Position numbers and translations under genes: made by a program. This document shows, in pieces, positions 27,935 through 38,062 of a stretch of 64,000 nt of DNA (positions within the stretch are counted from its first letter, which is position 1; each line of letters opens with the position of its first letter). The notes beneath the pieces were generated by a model that was not told the DNA's origin, searched no databases, and was given only the letters and a program-made list of their open reading frames with translations. Location: positions 1-64,000 of the forward strand of contig CAXXNO010000009.1 of NCBI GenBank assembly GCA_963663235.2, given 5' to 3'. This stretch comes from Dehalococcoidia bacterium. GTDB lineage: Bacteria; Chloroflexota; Dehalococcoidia; Bin125.

Positions 27935-29338
27935 ATGGCCGATGAACAGCTTGCACTGATGGCGCATCTGCTGCGCCGCGCGGGGGTCGGGGCATGGCGG
28001 GAGGAGTTGGAGGCGTACGCCCAGCGCCCCTATGAGGAGGTCGTGGAGGATCTCCTCCACCCCGAGCGGTTCCCGGAGCCCGAGGAGGACCTGCTCCAGC
28101 GCTACTGCCCAACCCTGACGAACGCGGATACACCCATCATTTGGGCGGGGCACTGGGTCTACCGGCTCGTCAACACGTCGCGTCCGCTGGAAGAGAAGAT
28201 GGCACTCTTTTGGCACCACGTATTCGCCACCGGCTGGTTCAAGAGCGAACACAATCCCTCCATGGTGACGCAGATCCAGATGTTCCGCGAGAACGGCCTG
28301 GGGAACCTGCGGACGATCCTGACCGAGGTCTCGAAGGACCCAGCCATGATCTGCTGGCTGGACAACTGCGAGAACCTTGTCACCGGGTCCAACGAGAACT
28401 ACGGGCGCGAGCTCCTGGAGCTCTTCTCCATGGGCATCGGCAGCTACACCGAGACGGACGTCAAAATGGCCGCCCGGGCGTTCACCGGCTGGACGTTCCA
28501 GCAGCCCATACCGCTCTATCCCTACGGCGTGTTCCCGTCGAAATTCGAGTACCACGCCGAAGAGCACGACGACAGTGAGAAGACGTTCCTGGGGCACAGC
28601 GGCCGCTTCAACGGCGAGGACGTCATCGACATCATCGTCCAGCAAGAAGCCGCGGCCCGCTTCATCTCGCGCCACCTCTACAACTTCTTCGTGGCCGACG
28701 AGCCGCAGGTGCCAGCCTGGAGCGTCACGCCGCCGCAGGATCCGGAGGCGATCGACACCCTGGTCCGGGCCTACTTCGACTCGGACGCCGACATGCGCTC
28801 CGTGATGCGGACGCTGCTCACCTCAGACTTCTTCCGAGCGGCCCGCTTCAAGCGCGTCAAATGCCCGGCCGAGTTCGTCGCCGGGACGCTGAAGCTTTCC
28901 GGCGACCTCCGCTCGCCCGAGCCCGAGCTGGGCACCCTGGGAGACGCGATGACGGCGATGGGACAGAAGCTCTACGACCCGCCCTCCGTGGAGGGCTGGC
29001 ACACCGGCAAGGAGTGGATCGATGGGGGCACGCTGATCGAGCGCGTGAACTTCGCCGTATCCCATCTGCGCGACGTCTCCAAGCCGGGACCTCAGGCCGT
29101 TGTGCAGCGCCTGAGCGCAGGCGGGGGCCCCGTGACCCCCGCGGACTTCGTCGAGCGCTGTCTCGAACTGGTCGGGCCCTTGGAGGTGAGTGAAGAGACG
29201 CAGGCCGCGCTCCTGGAAGTCGCCGAAGGCGGCGGCGACCTGCGCTTCGACAGCGAGGAAGCGAAGCGCAGCAGCGAATCTCGCATCGGCCGGATGCTGG
29301 GGCTCATCGCTGCGGCCCCGGAGTATCAGTTCGCCTAA
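27935..29338 (+). CDS. DUF1800 family protein
   Basis: AHLLRRAG, LEEKMALFWHHVFAT, NENYGRELLELFSMG, ARAFTGW, PPSVEGW, PEYQ. Confidence 0.92.
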   Translation: MADEQLALMAHLLRRAGVGAWREELEAYAQRPYEEVVEDLLHPERFPEPEEDLLQRYCPTLTNADTPIIWAGHWVYRLVNTSRPLEEKMALFWHHVFATGWFKSEHNPSMVTQIQMFRENGLGNLRTILTEVSKDPAMICWLDNCENLVTGSNENYGRELLELFSMGIGSYTETDVKMAARAFTGWTFQQPIPLYPYGVFPSKFEYHAEEHDDSEKTFLGHSGRFNGEDVIDIIVQQEAAARFISRHLYNFFVADEPQVPAWSVTPPQDPEAIDTLVRAYFDSDADMRSVMRTLLTSDFFRAARFKRVKCPAEFVAGTLKLSGDLRSPEPELGTLGDAMTAMGQKLYDPPSVEGWHTGKEWIDGGTLIERVNFAVSHLRDVSKPGPQAVVQRLSAGGGPVTPADFVERCLELVGPLEVSEETQAALLEVAEGGGDLRFDSEEAKRSSESRIGRMLGLIAAAPEYQFA

Positions 29339-29372
29339 GCGGCAGTTCGCCGAAGCGTGAGGAGTGCGAACG

Positions 29373-30530
29373 ATGGCAGGAAACAGCAACGGTCGTGCCT
29401 CGGTTCTGGTCGTGATCCAGTTGAGCGGCGGCGCGGACTTCATGAACACCCTCATCCCCTACACGCATGGCGCATACCACGACGCCAGACCGGTGGTCGG
29501 CATCAAGCCCGAAGAGGTGCTGCCGATCAACGACACCCTCGGCTTTCATCCGTCGGCCGGTCGCCTCAAGGAGCTGTACGACGCAGGCAAGGTGGCGGTG
29601 GTGCAGGGCATCGGCTACGAGAACTCCAGCCGCTCGCACTTCCGCGGCATGGACATCTGGCACACCTGCGAGCCCAACGAGATCGCCACGGAAGGCTGGA
29701 TCGCCAAGGTCATTCGGGAGATCGATCCCCAGGGCGAGAACCCGCTGACCTGCGTCAGCTTCGGCCGCGGCTTGCCCCGGTCCCTGGCCGCGCCCGGCGT
29801 CACGGCGACGTCCGTCGGCAACCTGGACCAGTACGGGCTCATGACCGATATCGAAATTGAGCAGGAGCGCACCGAGGATCTGCAACTCTTCAAGCGCATG
29901 TACACGCCGGCGGTTGGGGCCGGAGCGGTGATGGATTACCTGGGCCGGACCGGCCGGGACGGGCTGGTGGCCGCCGACGTATTGAAGGAGGCCCCGGCCA
30001 GATACAGCACCAACGTGGAGTGGGGGACGAACCCCATCGCCAAGAGCCTGCGAGACGTGGCGCGCGTCCACACGGCGGGGCTGGGCACCCGAATCTTCTA
30101 CGCGCAGCAGGCCGGCTACGACCACCACTCCCACGAACCGCCGAACCTGGCCCGGCTGCTGGGCGAGCTCAGCGGCGCGATCTCCGACCTGCAACAGGAC
30201 CTGCGCGAGCACGATGCCGCCGAGGAGGTCACGTGTCTGGTGTTCACGGAGTTCGGCCGCCGGATCAGGGACAACGGCTCCGGCACGGACCACGGCTCCG
30301 GTGGCGGCGCCTACATCATCGGGGAGCAGGTGGAGGGCGGCCTGTACGCCGAGTACCCGTCCGTCGATCCCGCCGACTGGCTGTACGGAGAGGACCTCCG
30401 CCACACCGTCGATTTCCGCGGCATCTACGGCACCGTGCTGGAGCAGTGGATGGGGATCGATCCAGTATCCATCGTGGGCGGGACGTTTGAGCAGATCCGT
30501 CCGTACAAGGAGACGCCGGCGAGCGGTTAG
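29373..30530 (+). CDS. DUF1501 family protein
   Basis: LVVIQLSGG, RSHF, EFGRR..DNGSGTDHG, VDFR.IY. Confidence 0.92.
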   Translation: MAGNSNGRASVLVVIQLSGGADFMNTLIPYTHGAYHDARPVVGIKPEEVLPINDTLGFHPSAGRLKELYDAGKVAVVQGIGYENSSRSHFRGMDIWHTCEPNEIATEGWIAKVIREIDPQGENPLTCVSFGRGLPRSLAAPGVTATSVGNLDQYGLMTDIEIEQERTEDLQLFKRMYTPAVGAGAVMDYLGRTGRDGLVAADVLKEAPARYSTNVEWGTNPIAKSLRDVARVHTAGLGTRIFYAQQAGYDHHSHEPPNLARLLGELSGAISDLQQDLREHDAAEEVTCLVFTEFGRRIRDNGSGTDHGSGGGAYIIGEQVEGGLYAEYPSVDPADWLYGEDLRHTVDFRGIYGTVLEQWMGIDPVSIVGGTFEQIRPYKETPASG

Positions 30531-30549
30531 CCGCCTAACGGGCCGGCCG

Positions 30550-31611
30550 ATGGAGAGGGAAAGCGAGGGTACCGTGGGAGAAGCCACTGCGACGAGACCG
30601 TACGCGTTGCTCCGGGCCGGCTTCCCGTACCTCACCACGCTGGGGATGAGGCGCGTCACCACCTACTGCATCGATATCGCTATCGGTGATGAGGGGCGCT
30701 TGTATGTCCTCTGCCGGAATGACATCCCCGCCGGCGGCAACAACATCCGCCGCATGAACTGGGACGACGAGGACCTGGGCGCGATTGGCACCACCGGTTC
30801 GGGCGATGGTGCGTTCACCTGGCCCTCCTGCCTGGTCCGGGACCGAGACGAGAATCTGTACGTCTCGGACGAGAGCTTACACCGGGTCTCGGCGTTCAGC
30901 CCCGCGGGGGACTTTCTGGGCAAATGGGGGACGCATGGATCCGGCCCGGGCGAATTGGACCGCCCTTCCGGGCTGGCCTTCGACGCCGAGGAGAACCTTT
31001 ACGTCGCCGACACGCTGAACCATCGCGTTCAGAAGTTCACCAAGGACGGCAGGTTCCTGGACCAGTGGGGCCACCACGGCGCCGGCGAGGGCGAGCTCAA
31101 CATGCCTTGGGGGATCACCATCGACGCCGAGGGCGACATTTACGTCGTCGACTGGCGCAACGACCGCGTCCAGAAGTTCAGCGCCGACGGCGCGTTCATC
31201 ATGCAGATCGGCCGCTCCGGCAGCGACGACGGCGAGCTCAACCGTCCCAGCGGCGTCGCGGTCGATGCCGACGGCGACATCTACGTCGCCGACCGCGGCA
31301 ACAACCGCGTCCAGCTCTTCGACCGCAGCGGCCGCTACGTGGAGAAGTTCTTGGGCGACGCGACGCTATCCAAGATGGCCCGTGACTACGTGATGGCCAA
31401 CCCCAAGGTCCTCCGGCTGCGGGAGATGGTGAGCCTGGAGCCGGCCAAGCGGCTGCGGGCGCCGACGTCCGTGCGGGTGGATGGCGAAGGGCGGATGTAC
31501 GCGGTCGACTTCGCCTCGCACCGCATCCAGGTGTACAAGAAAGAGGCGTATCCCCTGGCGGAGGACGAGGTCATGCCCGCGCCGAAGGCGCCCACGCTCT
31601 CGACCGTCTGA
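30550..31611 (+). CDS. NHL-repeat beta-propeller protein
   Basis: Repeated P.G...D..G..YV.D..N.RVQKF units. Confidence 0.9.
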   Translation: MERESEGTVGEATATRPYALLRAGFPYLTTLGMRRVTTYCIDIAIGDEGRLYVLCRNDIPAGGNNIRRMNWDDEDLGAIGTTGSGDGAFTWPSCLVRDRDENLYVSDESLHRVSAFSPAGDFLGKWGTHGSGPGELDRPSGLAFDAEENLYVADTLNHRVQKFTKDGRFLDQWGHHGAGEGELNMPWGITIDAEGDIYVVDWRNDRVQKFSADGAFIMQIGRSGSDDGELNRPSGVAVDADGDIYVADRGNNRVQLFDRSGRYVEKFLGDATLSKMARDYVMANPKVLRLREMVSLEPAKRLRAPTSVRVDGEGRMYAVDFASHRIQVYKKEAYPLAEDEVMPAPKAPTLSTV

Positions 31612-31654
31612 TGCCGTCCGGTGGGCGGTGGGGCGGAGCCGGGGAAGGCGCGCG

Positions 31655-31996
31655 ATGCCGCTGATGTTCGGGTTCGCGCAGGAGCGACGCAAACTCCTGG
31701 AGGCCGAGCTGTTGCGGGTGGCCGCTGAGCTTCCAGCGTTGGGGGTGGAGCGCGCCTACTTGACCGGCGACCTGGCGCAGGAGCGGGTGGGCCCCGATTC
31801 GGAGCTGGAGTTGGTGCTGGTCCATTCCACCGTGGAAGCGTTCCACCGACGCCCGGACTTCTTCATCGATCATCTGCGCCCTCGAGTCGGCATGCGCCTC
31901 CTCGTCTACACGCCCCAGGAATTTGAGGAGCTGTCCGAAACGGACCCCGTCCTGCAACGGGCGCAGCAGCACGGTTCGCTGATCTATGCCGGCTGA
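31655..31996 (+). CDS. Minimal nucleotidyltransferase (MNT)-like protein, degenerate motif
   Basis: YLTGDLA....PDSELELVLV, LLVYTPQEF, G.LIY; overlaps the HEPN gene. Confidence 0.75.
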   Translation: MPLMFGFAQERRKLLEAELLRVAAELPALGVERAYLTGDLAQERVGPDSELELVLVHSTVEAFHRRPDFFIDHLRPRVGMRLLVYTPQEFEELSETDPVLQRAQQHGSLIYAG

Positions 31997-32432
31997 GGGC
32001 GGTGCTCGTCCCCCGGGAGGAGCACGAGAGTCCGCTCGTTGGCTGAAGCAGGCCGGCCATGACCTGAGCGACGCCCACCTCTGCGCGGAGGCGGGGCGCC
32101 ACGCCCTAGCGTGTTTCCTCTGCCACCAGTGCGCCGAGAAGGCGGTGGTCGCCTACTTGCTCGCGCAGGGCGCGGAACAGGTCTGGGGCCATGCGCTGGC
32201 CGACCTTTGCGAGGACGCCATGACGTTCGACCCCTCGTTCGTCTTCATCAAAACGAGTGCGCCGCTCCTGGACAAGTATTATCTCGGGGCGCGCTATCCG
32301 TCGGGCTTGCCGGGCGGGGTCCCGGCTGAGGCGTTCGACTCGCACGACTCGGAGCGGGCGCTGGCGATCGCGGGGGACGTGTACGAGTTCGTGGAGCGTC
32401 GGATCGAGGAGCCCGAAGAGCCGCAAGGCTGA
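31986..32432 (+). CDS. HEPN domain protein
   Basis: RWLKQA..DL, ACFLCHQCAEKA, GHAL, LDKYY...RYP. Confidence 0.9.
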   Translation: MPAEGGARPPGGARESARWLKQAGHDLSDAHLCAEAGRHALACFLCHQCAEKAVVAYLLAQGAEQVWGHALADLCEDAMTFDPSFVFIKTSAPLLDKYYLGARYPSGLPGGVPAEAFDSHDSERALAIAGDVYEFVERRIEEPEEPQG

Positions 32433-32452
32433 GGCCGCGGGGGCGCAGCGCT

Positions 32453-33877
32453 TCAGGCGCCGAGCGCCGCGAGCGGCGGACGCTTCGTGTGCCAGTCGGT
32501 GGCCTGCTGGAAGGCGTGGCCCACGCGCAGCGTCAGGGCGTCGGCCCAGGGCCGGGCGACGATCTGCAGCCCCACGGGCAGCCCCTGCTCATCGAAGCCA
32601 CACGGCACGGTCAGGGCCGGCTGTCCCGTGAAGTTGAAGGGGAAGCAGCAGCGGATGGAGGCCGACATCAGCGTCTCCTGGAAGCCGTCCGGCGCCTTGT
32701 ACTCCATCTGCCCGTGCCGGGCCGCGGTCGCCGGCATCGTCAGCGTGGCCAGCACGTCGATGCGCTCGTCCTTCCAGAGGCTTTGTATCTGCGCGTTGAA
32801 CCGCGTGCGGAAGCGCTGGGCGTTGAGGTAGTCGGTGGCGAGCATCACCTCGCCGATCTGGAGATAGCTACGCACGTCGTCCTGATAGTCCGGCCCCTGC
32901 CGGCGCATCCGTGCGGCGTGCCAGGCCGCCGACTCCGCCAAGGAGATGCCGAACCCCTCCAACTCGATCCGGTCGATGTCCTTCGGCATCGTGACTTCAA
33001 ACACGTCGGCTCCCGCCGTCTTCAACTCGGCGACCGCGGCCTCGAACGCCGCCGTCACGCCCGGGAAATGGCTGTTGAAGTAGTTGCGCGGCACGGCGAC
33101 GCGCAGGCCCCTGACTCCCTGCCCCAATTGCGCCGAGAAGTCCTCGGTCGGCTGCTTGGACGAGTTCAGGTCGCGGGGGTCGTAGCCGGCGAGCACGTTC
33201 AGCGCCAGGGCGGCGTCCTCCGCCGTCCAGCACAACGGCCCGATGTGGTCCATGGAGTACGAGAGCACGTGGACCCCATCTTTGGGGATGCGGCCGAACG
33301 TCGCCTTCAGTCCCGTGACCCCGTTCACGCAGGCGGGGATGCGGATCGACCCGCCGGTGTCCGTGCCCAGGCCGAAGGGGATCTGCCCCGTGGCCACCGC
33401 CGCGCCGGTGCCGCCGCTGGAGCCGCCGGGAACCCGCGGCGTCTCCATGTCCCAGGGATTGCGCGTCGGCGGCGTCTGCACGCCGTAGGCGAACTGGTGG
33501 GTGTTCGTCTTCCCCACCAAGACCGCGCCCGCGGCGTCCAGGCGCTCCACCGTGGAGGCGCTCTGGGTCGGGATGTGCCCCTGCAGCACCTTGGAGGAGG
33601 AGGTCGTCTCGATCCCGGCCGTCTCGACCAGGTCCTTGGCCGCGTACGGCACCCCATCCAGCGGACCCAGCGCGCCGCCGGCGCGGCGGCGCTTGTCCGA
33701 CGCGTCGGCCGCCTGGAGCGCGTGCTCGGGCGCGACGCGGTTGAAGGCTTTGATCGTGCCGTCCGTCCGCTCGATGTGGTCCAGCAGGAGCTGCGTGATC
33801 TCGCGGCTCGAGAATTCGCCCGCCGCCAGCCCGTCGGCGATCGCCCGGACGGTGCGGATCTCCTTGTTCGTCGCCAT
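32453..33877 (-). CDS. Amidase signature family (GatA-like) amidase
   Basis: PLDGVPYAAKD, PGGSSGG, GTDTGGSIRIPA; GGAGG RBS. Confidence 0.93.
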   Translation of the reverse strand: MATNKEIRTVRAIADGLAAGEFSSREITQLLLDHIERTDGTIKAFNRVAPEHALQAADASDKRRRAGGALGPLDGVPYAAKDLVETAGIETTSSSKVLQGHIPTQSASTVERLDAAGAVLVGKTNTHQFAYGVQTPPTRNPWDMETPRVPGGSSGGTGAAVATGQIPFGLGTDTGGSIRIPACVNGVTGLKATFGRIPKDGVHVLSYSMDHIGPLCWTAEDAALALNVLAGYDPRDLNSSKQPTEDFSAQLGQGVRGLRVAVPRNYFNSHFPGVTAAFEAAVAELKTAGADVFEVTMPKDIDRIELEGFGISLAESAAWHAARMRRQGPDYQDDVRSYLQIGEVMLATDYLNAQRFRTRFNAQIQSLWKDERIDVLATLTMPATAARHGQMEYKAPDGFQETLMSASIRCCFPFNFTGQPALTVPCGFDEQGLPVGLQIVARPWADALTLRVGHAFQQATDWHTKRPPLAALGA

Positions 33878-34873
33878 GCTCCGCCTCCTGGTCGTCCCAG
33901 CCGCCCTGAATGGGAACCCGGACCGCAAGTCCGTCGCGCACCGCGCCGGAGCGGCCCAGCGCCGCGGCTGCCGACGGATACTAGCACCAGCGGCCAGGTC
34001 TCTTCGCGCCAGCGGCCGGTCACCCGGACACGAGACGGGCGATCTTCGGACGCCTCGCAGGGTCGTTCGGGAGACGCGCCCAGGGCGTCTCGGCCCAGGG
34101 CGTGTGCTCCGCGGGAACGTCCCAGCGGGACTCGTCGAAGTAGGTCTCGCAGAGCCTTTTCGCGATTGGGTGGTCGGGGCCGGGGCGTGGCGGCCAGGGA
34201 GATGATCGAGTACCTGCGGTAGGAGAAAGAATTGGGCGAGCAGTACAGGCCGCATCCCAGGGTCGATGACTTTCCCCAGAGTACGCCCAGGGTTATGACA
34301 GGCTGAGGGGAGCGTGAGAAGGCGGCGCGGGGGTTGCCCCGCGGACCCGTTGCGGGGGCGGGGCAGATGGTGCTAGCATCGGCGGCCACGGACTTGGAAA
34401 AGGCCCGTGTGGCCTGGATATAGGCGTCCGCGCGGAGAATTCGCGCGGGTCCACGCTTCTCGAGCGCCGTTCGTGCGGAGCAGAGGGAAGAGGATGATCC
34501 AGGGGATTTCTCGCGTTAACGATAGCGTCACGAACCGTGAGCGTTCGCGGCGGCTCTCTTGCGGGCAACGACCCGCGCGCGACCGGTATGGCGCCGGTCG
34601 AGTGGAAGAATCCCAAGACGGCGGCGCGTTCGTATTCCGAATTAACAGGTGCAAGCGTGCCGTGGTTGGCGATGGAGTGGATTGACATCTTGTAGGCGGT
34701 TGGCCGTCGCATGCGTCGGGGCGCCGACGGCCGAGATGGGGAGAGCGACGTCGAGATGATGGCCCCGCATCGCTTCGGCAGGACTTGGAGTGGACCGAAG
34801 GAGGCGCAGGAATAGAGGACCACGAGCGACTGCATCCATTACCAAGAGAGATCACCAGGAGGAATGACGATCG

Positions 34874-36724
34874 ATGAGCAGACGACCAACCTATAAGCCG
34901 TGGCTGAACAGGAGCAAGCTCTCCCGCCGCCGGATGATGGTGATGACCGGGACGGCGGGCCTAGGGGCGGCCGGACTGGCCCTTGTCGGCTGCGGCGACG
35001 ACGACGACGAAGCGATATCGCAAGCCATTGCGCAGGTGATTGAAGAGCAGGCGGAGCAGGCCCAGGCGCAGGTCACCGAGGAAGAGCAGGTCGCCCAGGT
35101 CGAGCAAGCGGCGGAAGAGATCGAGCAGGCGGCCGAAGAGGCGGGCGTGGACATTGAGCGGGACATGATTGTGGCGCAGAACAACCTGTTCGTGTCGCAG
35201 GACCAGGACTTCTCGAACATCCACGAGACGCAAGAGGCGAACGTCGCCATCAACGCGGTGTTGATTCGCAACCCGATCATCGGGAAGCAGACCGCGGACG
35301 GCCGCAGCTACTTCAGCCAGGACAGCACGGGCCCGTGGGAGCCGATGCTCGCCACCGACTTCACGCTGAGCGAAGACGGGCTGGTCTACGAGTTCACCCT
35401 GCGGGAGGGTGTGATCAGCTACAACGGCAACGAGCTGACGGCCGACGACGTGGTCTACACGTATGCGGCCAAGGTCGTGTCGGGCGGCATCGGTCAGTTC
35501 GTGTCGGACTTCGCGCTCGAGATCAAGACGGCGGAGCAGGTGGTGCGGGTCGACGATCGCACGGTGCAGTTCCACCTGAGCCGGCCGTACCCGACGTTCG
35601 TGCAGGGGATCTCGAACCACCACGCCGGCGCCATCCTCGACAGCACGGTACGGCTGGAGCACGCCACGGAGGACGACCCCTTCTCCACGGAGTGGGCCAC
35701 GACCAACTCCAACAGTTTTGGCGCCTACAAGATCGAGAGCTTCATTCAAGGGGAGCAGGCGGTCTTTGTCGCCAACGAGAACTACGTGCGGGGCAGCGGG
35801 GTGAACCCGCCCGCGATCAAGAAGATGATCTGGCGCGTGGTGCCGGAGAGCGCCAACCGGCTGGCGCTGGTCCGCCGGGGCGACGTGCACATCGCCAAGC
35901 AGATGCTGGCGCGCGAGCAGTTGGACGCCGAAACCGAGGAAGGGATCGCCATTCCCTTCGCGGAAGGGAACCTCAGCTTCTGGATCAGCACGAACCTGGA
36001 CAAGGAGCAGTGGAGCGACACGCGCTCGCGGCAGGCGTTCACCTACGCGCTTCCGTATGACGAGGTCATCAACACCGTCTACCGCGGCAAGGCGCGGCGG
36101 GAGTTCGGGATGGTCCCGGACGATATTCCCGGCGCCGCCCCGCAGCACTGGGAGAAGTACGTCCAGGACTTCGACATAGCGAGGGAGCTGCTGGCGCAGG
36201 CCGGGGTGCCCGACGGATTCTCCAGCGACCTGGCGTTTGAGCTGAACTTCCCCGATTCGGAGGAGAACGCCATCCTCATCCGGGACGCCGTCGCGAACGT
36301 GGGGATCGACCTGAGCCTGGTCGGCCTGACGCCGGCGGCCTCCACCGAGAACCGGGTCACGCGCGAGAAGCGCCAGCCCGCGTTCCTGACGCGGGACTAC
36401 GCCATTGTGAAGGCGATCCCGTACTACCTGCACCTGTTCTTCCTGTCGGAAGAGTCAATAATCAACTGGTCCGCGTACTTCCCCGGGCGCGCGAACTACG
36501 ATGAGTTCGAGGCGGCGCTGCAGGCCGGCATCGGCGTGGGGGACGACCTGGCTCAGGAAACGCTGGATCACTACGGCGAAGCACAGAGGGTGCTGGCGGA
36601 CGACTCGGTGATGCAGTGGATGGCCTGGACGGACCCGCAGTACATCTGGCGCGACAACTTGAGCGGCTTCTACGGCCGCTCCGACAACCTGATCGACTAC
36701 GGAGAGGTGGCGTTCACGGCATAA
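34874..36724 (+). CDS. ABC transporter substrate-binding protein (family 5), Tat lipoprotein
   Basis: SRRR twin-arginine signal, LVGC lipobox, YEFTLREGV, LTADDVVYT, RQAFTYA; AGGAGG RBS. Confidence 0.9.
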   Translation: MSRRPTYKPWLNRSKLSRRRMMVMTGTAGLGAAGLALVGCGDDDDEAISQAIAQVIEEQAEQAQAQVTEEEQVAQVEQAAEEIEQAAEEAGVDIERDMIVAQNNLFVSQDQDFSNIHETQEANVAINAVLIRNPIIGKQTADGRSYFSQDSTGPWEPMLATDFTLSEDGLVYEFTLREGVISYNGNELTADDVVYTYAAKVVSGGIGQFVSDFALEIKTAEQVVRVDDRTVQFHLSRPYPTFVQGISNHHAGAILDSTVRLEHATEDDPFSTEWATTNSNSFGAYKIESFIQGEQAVFVANENYVRGSGVNPPAIKKMIWRVVPESANRLALVRRGDVHIAKQMLAREQLDAETEEGIAIPFAEGNLSFWISTNLDKEQWSDTRSRQAFTYALPYDEVINTVYRGKARREFGMVPDDIPGAAPQHWEKYVQDFDIARELLAQAGVPDGFSSDLAFELNFPDSEENAILIRDAVANVGIDLSLVGLTPAASTENRVTREKRQPAFLTRDYAIVKAIPYYLHLFFLSEESIINWSAYFPGRANYDEFEAALQAGIGVGDDLAQETLDHYGEAQRVLADDSVMQWMAWTDPQYIWRDNLSGFYGRSDNLIDYGEVAFTA

Positions 36725-36765
36725 CGAACGGCGGCTCGGCCGCACACACCAGCAAGCGAATGGAC

Positions 36766-36793
36766 GGGAGGCCCTTCTTCGGAAGGGCCTCTC
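36766..36793 (+). terminator. Terminator hairpin with a UUCG tetraloop
   Basis: gggaggcccttc-ttcg-gaagggcctctc followed by gctttgt. Confidence 0.7.
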
Positions 36794-36904
36794 GCTTTGT
36801 CTGTCGCAGGGGCCGGGCCGGGCCGGGCCGGGCCGGCCCCACAGCGGCGGCGCAAGGCCGGCAGGCTCTCCGCTGGGCGGGTGGCGGGGGTGTGGGTGTG
36901 GGGC

Positions 36905-37936
36905 CTAGGGCACGGGCATCCACTCACCGCCGGGCTTGAAGCCCTTGGCGGTGGGGATGATCTCGTTGCCGAACTGCTCCAGGCGCTCGAACAGCTCGGC
37001 GCTGGTGCGGCTGCGGGTCTCCTGGAAGACGATCATGAGGGAGTAGCCCGCCTCAGCGTAGCCCTGGAGGTCGGAGAGGATCATCTCCGGCGTGCCGACA
37101 CAGTTCGGGCGCCGGTCCTTCTTGACGTCCGGATCGTCGGCGTCGGTGATGCGGGCGACGGTGACGCCCATGAGCATGAAGTCCGAGAGGTCCCGTTTGC
37201 CGCGCTCCGCTTCCTGGCGGATCGCATCCAGGAAGCGATCGTTGTCAGCGGGGCGGGCGTTGGGGTGGGCGAAGACAGGGTAGAAGCCGTCGCAGAGCCG
37301 CGCGGATCGCCGAGCGCCAACCATGGACTGGCCGCCGAAGACGATGGGCGGGTAGGGCTTCTGCACGGGCTTGGGGTCCATGGAGAGGTTGTCAAAGTTG
37401 TAGAACTCGCCGTGGAAGGCGACGACGTCGTCCGTCCAGGCGCGCTTGTAGATCTCGATGCATTCGTCGGTCATGTCGCCGCGCCGGTCGTAGGGCAGGC
37501 CCAACGCCTCGAACTCTTCCTTCGCCCATCCGGCGCCCACGCCGGCGATCACCCGCCCGTTGGAGAGCCAGTCGACGGTGGCGAACTGCCGGGCGTCGTG
37601 GAGCGGGGGGCGGTAGGGGGAGATCAGCACGGAGGTGCCGAGCTTGATCCGCTCGGTGGTCACCGCGACGGCGGCCATGGTGGCCAGGGCATCGAAGAGC
37701 ACCGGCTTCGTGGGGTAGTGCCGCTTGCCCGTCTCCGGGTTGGCGATGTGCACGTTGGTGGTCTGCAAGGGCAAGGTGACGTGGTCCGGGAACCAGAGCG
37801 AATGGAAGCCCACGCGTTCGGCGAGCTGCGCGTACTTGACCGGCTGGATGTCTTGCGGCGGAATCGATTCCAGCCAGAACTCGGTGTCGCTGCGAATGGC
37901 GACGCCGTGGGTATCCATGTAGCTGCCAATCTCCAT
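36905..37936 (-). CDS. LLM-class (probably F420-dependent) oxidoreductase, paralog of 16049..17083
   Basis: GFHSLWFPDH, DARQFATVD, NLSMDPKPVQKP. Confidence 0.9.
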   Translation of the reverse strand: MEIGSYMDTHGVAIRSDTEFWLESIPPQDIQPVKYAQLAERVGFHSLWFPDHVTLPLQTTNVHIANPETGKRHYPTKPVLFDALATMAAVAVTTERIKLGTSVLISPYRPPLHDARQFATVDWLSNGRVIAGVGAGWAKEEFEALGLPYDRRGDMTDECIEIYKRAWTDDVVAFHGEFYNFDNLSMDPKPVQKPYPPIVFGGQSMVGARRSARLCDGFYPVFAHPNARPADNDRFLDAIRQEAERGKRDLSDFMLMGVTVARITDADDPDVKKDRRPNCVGTPEMILSDLQGYAEAGYSLMIVFQETRSRTSAELFERLEQFGNEIIPTAKGFKPGGEWMPVP

Positions 37937-38062
37937 CGTTGCGCGTTCCTTCCCCTGCCATTCGGGGCCGCCCGACGGCGACCCCTGGGCCCGCATGATG
38001 CCAGGCGCGGGCGGGCGTGTCGACGGGCCGCTGCCAGGGGCCGCGCGCCGCGGACGCCGGCG

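Noticed and set aside
36810-36836. (GGGCC)n run
   Set aside because: Short intergenic low-complexity tract in GC-rich DNA with no evident function.
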